From the NCBI GenBank assembly GCA_964438545.1, contig CAYTKV010000001.1, positions 1-39,676 of the forward strand: a stretch of DNA of 39,676 nt. The letters run 5' to 3'. The translations under genes were made by a program, and so were the position numbers. The notes below the pieces were generated by a model. That model saw only the letters and a list, made by a program, of their open reading frames with translations, ran no database searches and had not been told where the DNA came from. Source of the stretch: Candidatus Woesearchaeota archaeon. Lineage in GTDB: Archaea > Nanobdellota > Nanobdellia > Pacearchaeales > GW2011-AR1. This document shows, piece by piece, positions 1 through 9,020 of the stretch (positions are counted from its first letter, which is position 1; every line of letters begins with the position of its first letter).

Positions 1-138
1 TTTAATAAAGACATAATAGAGTTCCAAGGCTTGAGAGGCCCAATTAGAATTTGGGAGATTGATTATCCTGAAGATATAGAATTTAAAGAAGAATACTTAA
101 GCACTTATTACCCTGCAGAATTATACTACGCGAGATGA
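1..138 (+). CDS. 3' end of an unidentified upstream gene (partial, runs off the window)
   Basis: Open frame from position 1 (FNKDIIEFQGLRGPIRIWEIDYPEDIEFKEEYLSTYYPAELYYAR). It ends at TGA 136-138, followed directly by TAA. ATGA start/stop overlap with the next gene (ATG 135). Confidence 0.35.
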   Translation, partial: FNKDIIEFQGLRGPIRIWEIDYPEDIEFKEEYLSTYYPAELYYAR

Positions 139-1148
139 TAAATCCATTTTTAATAATTCCAATATTAGCAAGTTTTTTTGTAACTTTGTTTCTAATCCCA
201 AATTGGATTAAAAGAGCTAAAAAAGCTGGGATTCTTGGAATAGACCTCCATAAAAGAAAAGAAAAGAAAATTCCAGAAGCTGGAGGAGTTTGTATTGTTG
301 CCGGTTTTTCTCTAGGAGTGCTAGCATACATAGCAACAAACACCTTTATATTCAAAAGAACTAACAACTTTATAGAAATATTTGCTCTCATGAGCTCTCT
401 TTTATTAATTGCTTTTATTGCTTTTACAGATGATATAGCTGGATGGAAGATAGGCCTTAGAAGAAGAACAAGATTAATTTTAGTTGCTTTTTCGTCTATT
501 CCCTTAATCTCTATTAACGCAGGAAAAAGTTTAATTGCTCTTCCTGTAATTGGTTCAATAGATCTAGGAATATTGTATCCTCTGATCCTTATACCTGTTG
601 GAATTGTTGGCGCAACAACTACATTTAATTTTCTTGCTGGCTTTAATGGATTAGAAGCTGGCTTGGGGGTTATAGTATTAAGTGCATTATCTGTTGTCGC
701 TTACTACACTGGAAGCCAGTGGTTGGCTCTCATAGCTCTGTGCATGATAGCGTCATTGATTGCTTTTCTTATTTTCAACTTTTATCCAGCAAAGATTTTC
801 CCAGGAGATTCTTTGACTTATCCTGTTGGAGGATTAATAGCAATCATATCAATTCTAGGAAACTTTGAGAGAATAGCTGTTTTTTTCTTTATGCCTTTTA
901 TAATAGAAACCTTTCTAAAAGTTAGAGGAAATCTTGTTAAACAAAGTTTTGCAATTCAAAAAAAAGATGGCAGTCTAGATTTAAAATATGATAAAATTTA
1001 TAGCTTAAATCATCTATCAATTTACTTGATGAAAAAATATGGCATGAAACCAACAGAAAAGAAAGTTGTGGCTTCAATATGGTTATTTCAACTTGTAATT
1101 GTTATTTTAGGACTCATTGTCTTCAGAGAGGGAATATTCTTAAGATGA
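135..1148 (+). CDS. Polyprenyl/dolichyl-phosphate N-acetylhexosamine-1-phosphate transferase (MraY/WecA/Alg7 family, AglH-like), initiating enzyme
   Basis: 337 aa polytopic membrane protein. N-terminal GIDLHKRKEKKIPEAGG loop and FNFLAGFNGLEAG / FPGDS motifs are typical of the GlcNAc-1-P transferase family. First gene of a glycan operon. Confidence 0.75.
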   Translation: MINPFLIIPILASFFVTLFLIPNWIKRAKKAGILGIDLHKRKEKKIPEAGGVCIVAGFSLGVLAYIATNTFIFKRTNNFIEIFALMSSLLLIAFIAFTDDIAGWKIGLRRRTRLILVAFSSIPLISINAGKSLIALPVIGSIDLGILYPLILIPVGIVGATTTFNFLAGFNGLEAGLGVIVLSALSVVAYYTGSQWLALIALCMIASLIAFLIFNFYPAKIFPGDSLTYPVGGLIAIISILGNFERIAVFFFMPFIIETFLKVRGNLVKQSFAIQKKDGSLDLKYDKIYSLNHLSIYLMKKYGMKPTEKKVVASIWLFQLVIVILGLIVFREGIFLR

Positions 1149-2350
1149 AACTTAATAAAGTTTTAATAAGGGGAAGTTTGGTTCTTTTATTCGCATTTGG
1201 TTTTTCAAGTTTTTTGCATTTTTTGTTCCAACTGGTTATGTCTAGAATGCTTTTGCTAACTGATTACGGAATACTTGCAGTGCTCTCTTCTATTATTTAT
1301 ATTTTGTTAATTTTTAGTGAATCTATTCAAACAATTATAACAAAATTCGCGACAGGTGAAAAAAATAATGGGAAATTAAAAAATATTCTGAAAAAATCTT
1401 CAAAAAAAGCGTTTATTGTTTCAATCGCATTGCTCATTTTATATTTTATTGTTGCTGTGCCTTTATCATTTTTGTTAAAAATACAATACCTTCTTATTTC
1501 TTTGAATGGGCTGGTAATATTTTTAGCTTTTTTCTTGCCAATATCCAGAGGCATGATGCAAGCTAAGAGCAGATTTAAATCTCTTGGTTTAAATGTTGTT
1601 GCAGAAGCCATTGGTAAATTATTCTTTGGTATACTTTTCGTTTATGTTGGATTAAGAGTTTATGGCGCAATCGCAGGAATTCTCCTCGGTGGGCTTATAG
1701 CCTTTAGCTTATCTTTTGTTTCATTAAAAGATGTAATAATATCGAAAGAGAAAAAGTCGAAAACTGTTGGAATATACGATTACGCAAAACCTGCCTTTGT
1801 TGTCACCTTCATTGTTATTTTCCTTTATAGTATTGACGTTGTCATGGCAAGAATTTTCTTTCCTCCTGAAATAGTCGGGGTTTACGCAATCGCGTCAATT
1901 CTTTCAAAGGCAGTTTTCTGGGGAACTTTGCCAATTAGTAAAGCAATGTTTCCCTTATCAGCAGAAAATCATAAAGGGAAAGGAGACTCTCAAAATGTTC
2001 TTTATAGCGCGCTTTTGATTATATTCCTTTGCATTTCTTCGGCATTAGCTGTATTCTTTTTTGCTCCTGGGCTTGTTGTCAAACTATTTTCAGGTAAGTT
2101 CATTCCTGAAGCAATTTCAATTTTGTTTTATCTAGGAATTGGAACTAGCCTAATCTCATTAGCGAATTTAATTTTGTTGTATAAATTATCCTTGGGAAAG
2201 ATTAAAAATTATCCTTATCTTTTTATTTTTGTTTTGATAGAACTATTATTGTTGAGCTTCTTCTCTAAAAATCTAATTCAATTTTCCTGGGCGTTCATAA
2301 CATCTTCTGCCGCATTTTTATTCGGCTCTATCGTTTTGATGAATGAATGA
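1145..2350 (+). CDS. Oligo/polysaccharide flippase (MOP/Wzx family)
   Basis: About 400 aa with 12 or more predicted TM helices and polysaccharide-biosynthesis-protein-like organisation. The likely start is ATG 1145 (MKLNKVLIRG), overlapping the upstream TGA as ATGA. The track ORF from 1079 is an upstream extension. Confidence 0.65.
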   Translation: MKLNKVLIRGSLVLLFAFGFSSFLHFLFQLVMSRMLLLTDYGILAVLSSIIYILLIFSESIQTIITKFATGEKNNGKLKNILKKSSKKAFIVSIALLILYFIVAVPLSFLLKIQYLLISLNGLVIFLAFFLPISRGMMQAKSRFKSLGLNVVAEAIGKLFFGILFVYVGLRVYGAIAGILLGGLIAFSLSFVSLKDVIISKEKKSKTVGIYDYAKPAFVVTFIVIFLYSIDVVMARIFFPPEIVGVYAIASILSKAVFWGTLPISKAMFPLSAENHKGKGDSQNVLYSALLIIFLCISSALAVFFFAPGLVVKLFSGKFIPEAISILFYLGIGTSLISLANLILLYKLSLGKIKNYPYLFIFVLIELLLLSFFSKNLIQFSWAFITSSAAFLFGSIVLMNE

Positions 2351-3062
2351 GAAAATTATTCTTCTTAAATTTCCAGTAAAACAAAGTGAAAATCGCGTGT
2401 ATGCCATCCATCCAGTTTATTTTTTTTCCTTCTTCTATTGTCCTTGGTGCATATGAAATAGGAACTTCTTTAATTTTAATACCTAACTTAAGAATCTTTG
2501 ACGTTATTTCTGGTTCTATATTAAAATTATTTGATTTTAGCTTGATATTTTTAATTATTTCGCTTTTAAAAACTTTATAACATGTCTCCATGTCAGTTAT
2601 TTTTGTTCCATAAAATATTTTTGTTAAGAGAGTCAGAAATTTATTTCCTAAAAAATATATTTTGTATAAGGGTTTATGTTTTTTTAAGAATCTTGAGCCA
2701 TAAACTACCTTCTCTTTTTCTTCAATAATCGGTTTTATTAATTTTTTTAAATCTATTGGGTTATATTCCAAATCTGCATCTTGGATGGTTACTATTTCTC
2801 CAGTGGCAATTTCTATTCCCTTTCTTACAGCGGACCCTTTTCCTCCATTTTTCTTGCTTAAAAATTTAAACTCTAAAAGTTTGCTTTTCTTTTTATCTTT
2901 TAGAAAACTTTTTATTGCATTTTTTGAGTTGTCTGTGCTTCCGTCATCAATAATTATTATCTCCTTTTTTATACCTAATTTTGCTTTAGTTAGGTTATTT
3001 AAAACTTTAACAACTGTTTTCTCTTCGTTATAAACTGGTATGATTATTGATATTTTTTTCAT
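2328..3062 (-). CDS. Family-2 glycosyltransferase, dolichyl/polyprenyl-phosphate sugar synthase-like (Dpm1-type)
   Basis: Motifs ISIIIPVYNEE, IIIIDDGSTD and QDADLEY (DXD). 244 aa soluble GT-A fold size typical of Dol-P-Man/Glc synthases. Confidence 0.8.
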   Translation of the reverse strand: MKKISIIIPVYNEEKTVVKVLNNLTKAKLGIKKEIIIIDDGSTDNSKNAIKSFLKDKKKSKLLEFKFLSKKNGGKGSAVRKGIEIATGEIVTIQDADLEYNPIDLKKLIKPIIEEKEKVVYGSRFLKKHKPLYKIYFLGNKFLTLLTKIFYGTKITDMETCYKVFKSEIIKNIKLKSNNFNIEPEITSKILKLGIKIKEVPISYAPRTIEEGKKINWMDGIHAIFTLFYWKFKKNNFLIHSSKR

Positions 3063-4983
3063 TTTTAAAAATTAGATAAACGACATACAAAGGACTTAAA
3101 AACGCTGAAATAACAGCAAACAAAACAATCCAATGCGCGATTTTATTTAGTAAAGTATCAAAAATCCCATTTGTGTTATAATAATCAAATTGCTTTTCTT
3201 TTGGTTGGTAACCTATGTCATACAAAAACCAGTTTTTCGGTTGATTGGCAAAAGTAATGATGGAATCTTTTATTTGAATTTGAGCTGAATAAATGCGTGT
3301 TAATTCAATTTTATTATTCGAAAGCAATGGGAAATAAGATTTTTCTCTTTCTGGTTCATAAATTGTTCTTACTAATTGGCCATTTTGTTTAAAGAAATCT
3401 GCCAATGATTCCATCGAAGTATTAAATTCGCCTTGAACTTGCCCTCCGCCCCACCCACAATCATCAATTACGCATTCTATAAAAAAAGTGTTTATTGAAA
3501 CTGGATTTCCTGGAATTTGATCTTGTTGATTAACTAATCGTATAAAATCTGTGCCTTCTAAGTATGGTCTGCCTTGAGAAAACCAATTTATTCTTCCTCT
3601 GTAGATTCTACTATCTGCGACAATTAACGAATTTTCAGGAATATTCTCTTCCTTAAAATCTATTACTTGTGCAACATGACTTTTTCCATAGAAATGATAG
3701 GCTGCATTTGAGCTATAGATGAAAGGAATAGTTTGTAAACCAAGCAAAATTAGAGAGAATAGAAGGACGATAACAATGGATACTTTCGTGACATCTTTTC
3801 CTACAGATTTTGATATTTTCTTTGATATTTCATATAAGCTAAATGCTCCAACTGGAATTAAAAATAATTCAAGAAAAATATAGTGCTTTGGTAATAAAAT
3901 AATTGAAGCAAGAAAAGGCAAAACAAAGAGGATACCCAAAAAGAAAAAAACTAAATAGTCTTTTTTTTCTTTTCTGTACTGCTTATTAATTAATATCAAT
4001 ACCAGCCCAATTAATCCAAGATAGAAAATAATAGGATCGCCTAAGCGAATATAATTTATAGCCACAAGAAGCATTGGCCTATTGTATGACTTGCTAGAAA
4101 AACTGTTTGGTAAAATTAAGCCCAACCAATCATTTTTTGCTTCAAATTGCACATCCCAAGAGTAATATTGCGCAGAAATATCTTTTCCTAACCCTGTAAC
4201 TCTTGTAAACTGTAAATCCAAAAGTCCTTTATCTTTATAAAGCAAATAATTATGAGTTAACACTGGAATTGCGAATACAAAAATAACTACCAAAAAAACA
4301 AAAATCTTTTTTATGTTGTCTTTATTGATTATTTGCTTTTTTGAGCTTCTTTTTATATAAACGAAATAAAGTAAAAGTGAAGGTATAAACAACAAAGGAT
4401 AGACCTTTGTATAAATTGCTAGGCCCATAGATGTCCCACTTAATGCATATTTCTGATAAGAATTTGTTTTCATGGCTCTAATAAATAACAACATACCCAA
4501 CAAAACAAAAAACATAGCCATTACATCCATTTCTGCTATAGTATTCTTTATATGAAATGGTGTTATCGCTAGCAAGAATGCAGAAATTAAAGAAATTTTT
4601 TCATCGAAGAATTCTTTTGCGAGCATAAAAATTATGAAGACAGTGAAAGAACCAAATAACAAAGCAGCAAATCTAGAAGTCAGTTGAGTCATGCCAAAAA
4701 TTTTGTATATTAAACTTGTAAAAGAATGCCACAATCCTGCAGATTGGTCATATGTGATAAGCTTGCCTGAAGAAAAAAAGTTTATAGCTGCCGTAACATG
4801 ATGCATATCATCCGCAGAAACTGATAAATTTATAGCAGCAATTAATCTTAAAATAAAAGCTAACAAGAATACAAGAATTAAATAAATAGTAGTTCTTTTC
4901 ATAGAAAAAATTTTATCAATTATTTTAGAAACAATGTCCTTTTCACTTGTAATGACGTTATTTTCAATTGTTTTAATCTCCAT
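3028..4983 (-). CDS. GT-C fold membrane glycosyltransferase (GT39/GT83, ArnT/PMT-like) with C-terminal extracytoplasmic domain
   Basis: 651 aa. The N-terminal ~400 aa are multi-TM with the ArnT/PMT_2-like pattern. It is followed by a soluble C-terminal domain and a final TM. It overlaps the start of the downstream Dol-P-sugar synthase gene by 35 nt. Confidence 0.65.
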   Translation of the reverse strand: MEIKTIENNVITSEKDIVSKIIDKIFSMKRTTIYLILVFLLAFILRLIAAINLSVSADDMHHVTAAINFFSSGKLITYDQSAGLWHSFTSLIYKIFGMTQLTSRFAALLFGSFTVFIIFMLAKEFFDEKISLISAFLLAITPFHIKNTIAEMDVMAMFFVLLGMLLFIRAMKTNSYQKYALSGTSMGLAIYTKVYPLLFIPSLLLYFVYIKRSSKKQIINKDNIKKIFVFLVVIFVFAIPVLTHNYLLYKDKGLLDLQFTRVTGLGKDISAQYYSWDVQFEAKNDWLGLILPNSFSSKSYNRPMLLVAINYIRLGDPIIFYLGLIGLVLILINKQYRKEKKDYLVFFFLGILFVLPFLASIILLPKHYIFLELFLIPVGAFSLYEISKKISKSVGKDVTKVSIVIVLLFSLILLGLQTIPFIYSSNAAYHFYGKSHVAQVIDFKEENIPENSLIVADSRIYRGRINWFSQGRPYLEGTDFIRLVNQQDQIPGNPVSINTFFIECVIDDCGWGGGQVQGEFNTSMESLADFFKQNGQLVRTIYEPEREKSYFPLLSNNKIELTRIYSAQIQIKDSIITFANQPKNWFLYDIGYQPKEKQFDYYNTNGIFDTLLNKIAHWIVLFAVISAFLSPLYVVYLIFKNEKNINNHTSL

Positions 4984-5000
4984 TATTCCTCTTTGTTTTT

Positions 5001-5038
5001 TTTATATATAAATCCTACTGTCCATATGTTTAAAAAAA
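5001..5038. promoter_or_regulatory. Divergent promoter region with two TATA-like boxes (TTTATATATA for the minus gene; TTTAAAAAAA for the plus gene)
   Basis: The boxes end about 20 nt from ATG 4983 (minus) and ATG 5058 (plus). No SD precedes 5058. Confidence 0.35.
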
Positions 5039-5057
5039 TAAAGTTTTCATAATCTCG

Positions 5058-5834
5058 ATGAAAAAAATCTCTATAGTAATCCCGGCCTATAACGAAGAAA
5101 AAAGGATAGGCGGAACATTAGAAAACTACACCAAATATTTTAATAGCCTTTTTAAAAATAAAAATTTGGATTACGAGATAATTGTTGTGATAAATAACAC
5201 AACTGACAGAACAAAAGAAATAGTGAAAAAAAACAAGAAAAAAAATAAAAAGATTAGATACTTAAACTTAAAGCCTGGAGGGAAGGGTTACGCTGTTATA
5301 GAAGGTTTTAAAGACGCTTTAAAAAGAAATAGCGATTTAATTGGTTTTGTTGATGCTGATATGGCGACTTCTCCTAAAGAATATTTTAAACTAATAGAAA
5401 ATATAAAAAATCATGACGGAGTAATTGCAAGCAGGTATCTAAATGGCTCTGTAATTGAACCTAAACCAACAATCCAAAGAAAGATAGCAAAATGGATGTT
5501 TAATTCTTTAGTTAGAGCACTGCTTTTCCTTCCATATAGGGACACTCAATGCGGAGCAAAAATATTTAAAAGAAAGGCTGTGGAACAAATAATTAATAAT
5601 TTAACAATGTCAAAATGGGCTTTTGATGTTGATTTACTTTATGAAATGGGAAAAAAAGGTTTTAAAATAGTTGAAATTCCAACAAAATGGTTCGATAAGG
5701 AATATTCAACAATCAATTTTTGGAAAGCTGGGCCTTGGATGACCTTGGGCGTTTTAAGACTAAGGCTTTTAAACTCTCCTTTTAAGAATCTAATGAGAAT
5801 TTATGACAAAGTAATAGGATATATTCCAAGATGA
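5058..5834 (+). CDS. Family-2 glycosyltransferase (dolichyl-phosphate glucose/mannose synthase-like)
   Basis: Motifs ISIVIPAYNEE, GKGYAV and VDADMAT (DXD). 258 aa. Confidence 0.8.
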   Translation: MKKISIVIPAYNEEKRIGGTLENYTKYFNSLFKNKNLDYEIIVVINNTTDRTKEIVKKNKKKNKKIRYLNLKPGGKGYAVIEGFKDALKRNSDLIGFVDADMATSPKEYFKLIENIKNHDGVIASRYLNGSVIEPKPTIQRKIAKWMFNSLVRALLFLPYRDTQCGAKIFKRKAVEQIINNLTMSKWAFDVDLLYEMGKKGFKIVEIPTKWFDKEYSTINFWKAGPWMTLGVLRLRLLNSPFKNLMRIYDKVIGYIPR

Positions 5835-6358
5835 AAAAATTGAATTTAGGATGTGGGGATGATATAAAAGAAGGGTACGTAAATGTAGATTTCATCAAAC
5901 AGCCTGGTATAGACATTGTACACAACATCAATAAATTTCCATGGCCATTTAAAAGTAATACATTCAATGAGATATATGCCTCCCATATAATTGAACATGT
6001 TGATGATCTAATAAAGACAATGAAAGAAATACATAGAATATCGAAAAAAAATGCTAAAATTAATATTCGCGGGCCTCATTTTTCATGCGGAGTTAGCTAC
6101 AGAGATCCTACACATAAAAGATTATTCTCATATTTTACCTTTGAATATTTTTCAAATCCAAAAGATTATTACAAAAGAAATGAGAGTAATATGTTCAAAA
6201 TAAAAAGCAGAAGATTGAACTTTACGCGCTTTGCTTTTACTCCTCTAAACAAAATGTTTAATCCACTGATTAATATAAACCCCGCAATGTATGAAAGATT
6301 TTTCTGTTGGATTTTACCATGTTCAGAAGCCATATTTGAATTGGAAGTTATAAAATGA
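5831..6358 (+). CDS. Class I SAM-dependent methyltransferase
   Basis: LNLGCG motif I and the Methyltransf_11-like core (IYASHIIEHV). ATGA overlap with the upstream gene. Confidence 0.7.
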   Translation: MKKLNLGCGDDIKEGYVNVDFIKQPGIDIVHNINKFPWPFKSNTFNEIYASHIIEHVDDLIKTMKEIHRISKKNAKINIRGPHFSCGVSYRDPTHKRLFSYFTFEYFSNPKDYYKRNESNMFKIKSRRLNFTRFAFTPLNKMFNPLININPAMYERFFCWILPCSEAIFELEVIK

Positions 6359-7290
6359 AAGAAAAAAGAATATCTTTCTTGATAGCCGCTCACAATGAGG
6401 AAAAAGTAATAGGAGAAACCCTAAAAAATCTTGCAAATTTGCCTTACAGGAACTATGATGTTATTGTGGGGCTAGATGGTTGCACAGATAAAACAGAGAA
6501 TTTAGTAAAAGAGTTCGCGAAGAAATCAAAGAAATTTAAATATTACAAGCTAAATATAAGAAAATGAAAACCCTTTGTTATAGAAGCAAAAAACAAAAAA
6601 GCCTCTGGAGAAATTATAATAATTAATGATGCTGATTGGATTTTCAGAGTTAAGGACAAAAAAACTTTTTATAAATTTTTGTCGGTTTTTGATGATCCTA
6701 CTATTGGCGGAATTGCAGAGTCTTTTCCTGTCGAATGGGACAAAGAAAAAATTACTAAAGGTAACACTGGATACAAAATGGTTGCTTACAGCTCATTTTT
6801 ATGGCTTAAATTTCAAAAAGAAAAATTTACTTATAAAAATGGTAATTTTAGATATTTAAAAGAACCAACAATGTTTCTAACAAATATATTTAGAAAAGAA
6901 TTATATAAAAAAAATTTATCTCTTGGGGACGATTTTGAAAGAACGAAGGACATTATGGACAGAGGACGTAAGGTGGTTATTTTTAATGATATAAAAATAC
7001 CCAGAATGATTGCCACATATAATAAAATTTTTGTTAAAGATTTATTTAAGCAAAAAGTAAGAACAGCAATTGCAAGAAAACAACTTAATCAAAACAAAAT
7101 AATGAAGATTAATTTTTTTAATTATTATTTACCGTCTAGTTTATTTATTTTTTCGCACGCTTTGAAAAGAAGTTTTTATGTTGGTTTTATCGTGTTGCTA
7201 TGGTCAACAATAACTTTTTTAGGCGAGATTATTGCCAGATTTATCAAAACAGACACAAAAAGAGGGTGGGCGCTTCGAGCAAAAAGATGA
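6355..7290 (+). pseudogene. Family-2 glycosyltransferase in a single frame interrupted by one in-frame TGA (6565-6567); pseudogene or readthrough/recoded gene
   Basis: Track ORFs 6355-6567 and 6679-7290 are in the same frame. The joined translation reads ISFLIAAHNEE...YKLNIRK*KPFVIEAKNKKASGEIIIINDADW. The TGA sits where the conserved Gly of the GT2 GK motif is expected. There is no frameshift. Confidence 0.7.
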
Positions 7291-7326
7291 AAATAATCCG
7301 CATCTAGATAATATAAAGTAAAAAAG

Positions 7327-9012
7327 TTATATTCTTTTTACCTCGTAAATAAAAACTTCCTGCTTCACATCTAACAATCTGAAAGTAATATCTCCATAAG
7401 TCTTTTCCTGCTTTATGTCTTGTTGTTGTGCAGCAAAATCTATTTTTGTGTCCATGAAGGGGATTTCCCATACAATCATCTGACCATTTTGGTTGTATTG
7501 TATTCTTTTCATCCATTCTGGATGATTTGGTTCTGAAAAGGAAACTAACAGATACTTAACGTCTTTATTTTCTTTAATACCTTCTAACACTGCCTCAAAT
7601 GGTACTTCATAATGTTTCCCAGCATTCCATGAAGTCAGCTCCATTGGAAGCCTAACACTTCTCTCAGCATAATATGCTATCTGTGGCCTTGCTATAGTAA
7701 TTATTAAACCATTTTCATTTGAAATTTCTTTTAGATATAACCCTGCTTGTCTAATCCCTTCATATGACGGAATCTTATTCTTTATAATGAAATCAGCGTG
7801 TTGAACTTCGTAATACCCTCCATAGCCTATTAATAGAATTAACAAGCCTATAGAAATATTCTTGCTATAAGGTTTGATGTAATTTGTCAGAGTAACAGAC
7901 GCTCTAGAAATACAAATGAATGTTCCTAACAATAAAGGAAAATACCATCTTGGCTCGCCAAAACTGTCTTGTGTTCTTAGAACAAAAATAAAAAATGCAA
8001 GTGTTAAAATAATTGTAATGATAATAAAAAAATCTGCTTTTGTGTCACAATTATTAATTTTTTTTATACGGCCCAAAGACAAAAAAATATTAAAAATCAA
8101 AATAATTGCTCCTAACCAAAACAAATAGAACAAAACACTTGCCCAAGAAAGGCCTAGATTATTGTAATAAGCTTGAAATACCCATAAAGGAAGGAAGTTT
8201 ATTGGCTCCTTTTCATGAAAATACGCTTGCCCAACATCACTAATTTGCGAAATAAAAATAAATTTTTCTGCAAAAAAGAATAACAAAATAGCCGATCCTA
8301 AAGCAACCCAGTTATACTTATCTTTGATTAACTCTTTTATATTCTTAGTAAAGAGTATGTAAACTAAGAAGAAAATCCCAAACAAGAAATATCCTCTTCT
8401 AATGGTATAAGTCAAAATAGAAAGAAAAACTGTAAGAGGAAGAGCCCATTTTGGATCAATTTTACCAAATATTTTCTCTTTTCTTTCATAGCCTTGCCAA
8501 AAAACAAAAATAGATAAAAAACCTGCTAGGAGCGCTGGTGTCTCCAAGTGAAATCTAGTGCTGTTAAAAAGAATTTCCCAAAGTGTTGCCATAAGAAAAC
8601 TAGAAATTAGAGCTATGCGCCTATCTTTGTACATTAACAGAGTAACTTTATATGCAAGAAGAACAAGTAAAATTGAAGGTAAAATAATAATTATAAATTT
8701 AGTTATTGCTTCTGAAAAACCAAGTTTGAATAATAACGCTGCTAAATATGGGAAAAGTGAATTGTGCTTTGCTGTGACAACCCAATCAACTGAGAAGCCT
8801 GCTAAATTCTTTGCGTAGGCCATATAATCTGCTTCGTCCCACCACAAAGGTTGATTTTTCGTTAAATTGAAATAATAAATTCTTATAATGACAGCAAAGA
8901 CTAATATACCGGCAAAGATTAAGTTATTTTTATCTTTAAGCCAGTTCTTTATTTTTTCTTTTCTCTTTTCTATGTTCTTATTAATTACTTCTTCTTCTGA
9001 TTTTGCTTCCAT
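7327..9012 (-). CDS. GT-C fold membrane glycosyltransferase (GT39/ArnT/PMT-like), second paralog
   Basis: 561 aa. The multi-TM N-terminal region (WWDEADY loop after TM1) is typical of the dolichyl-phosphate-mannose protein mannosyltransferase/ArnT superfamily. Soluble C-terminal domain. Confidence 0.65.
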   Translation of the reverse strand: MEAKSEEEVINKNIEKRKEKIKNWLKDKNNLIFAGILVFAVIIRIYYFNLTKNQPLWWDEADYMAYAKNLAGFSVDWVVTAKHNSLFPYLAALLFKLGFSEAITKFIIIILPSILLVLLAYKVTLLMYKDRRIALISSFLMATLWEILFNSTRFHLETPALLAGFLSIFVFWQGYERKEKIFGKIDPKWALPLTVFLSILTYTIRRGYFLFGIFFLVYILFTKNIKELIKDKYNWVALGSAILLFFFAEKFIFISQISDVGQAYFHEKEPINFLPLWVFQAYYNNLGLSWASVLFYLFWLGAIILIFNIFLSLGRIKKINNCDTKADFFIIITIILTLAFFIFVLRTQDSFGEPRWYFPLLLGTFICISRASVTLTNYIKPYSKNISIGLLILLIGYGGYYEVQHADFIIKNKIPSYEGIRQAGLYLKEISNENGLIITIARPQIAYYAERSVRLPMELTSWNAGKHYEVPFEAVLEGIKENKDVKYLLVSFSEPNHPEWMKRIQYNQNGQMIVWEIPFMDTKIDFAAQQQDIKQEKTYGDITFRLLDVKQEVFIYEVKRI

Positions 9013-9020
9013 TAATATAA

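Noticed and set aside
1079-1144. The upstream extension of the flippase ORF (track start 1079, MVISTCNCYF...).
   Set aside because: The extension lies entirely within the 3' end of the AglH-like gene in another frame. ATG 1145 gives a typical MK-rich N-terminus and an ATGA coupling overlap.
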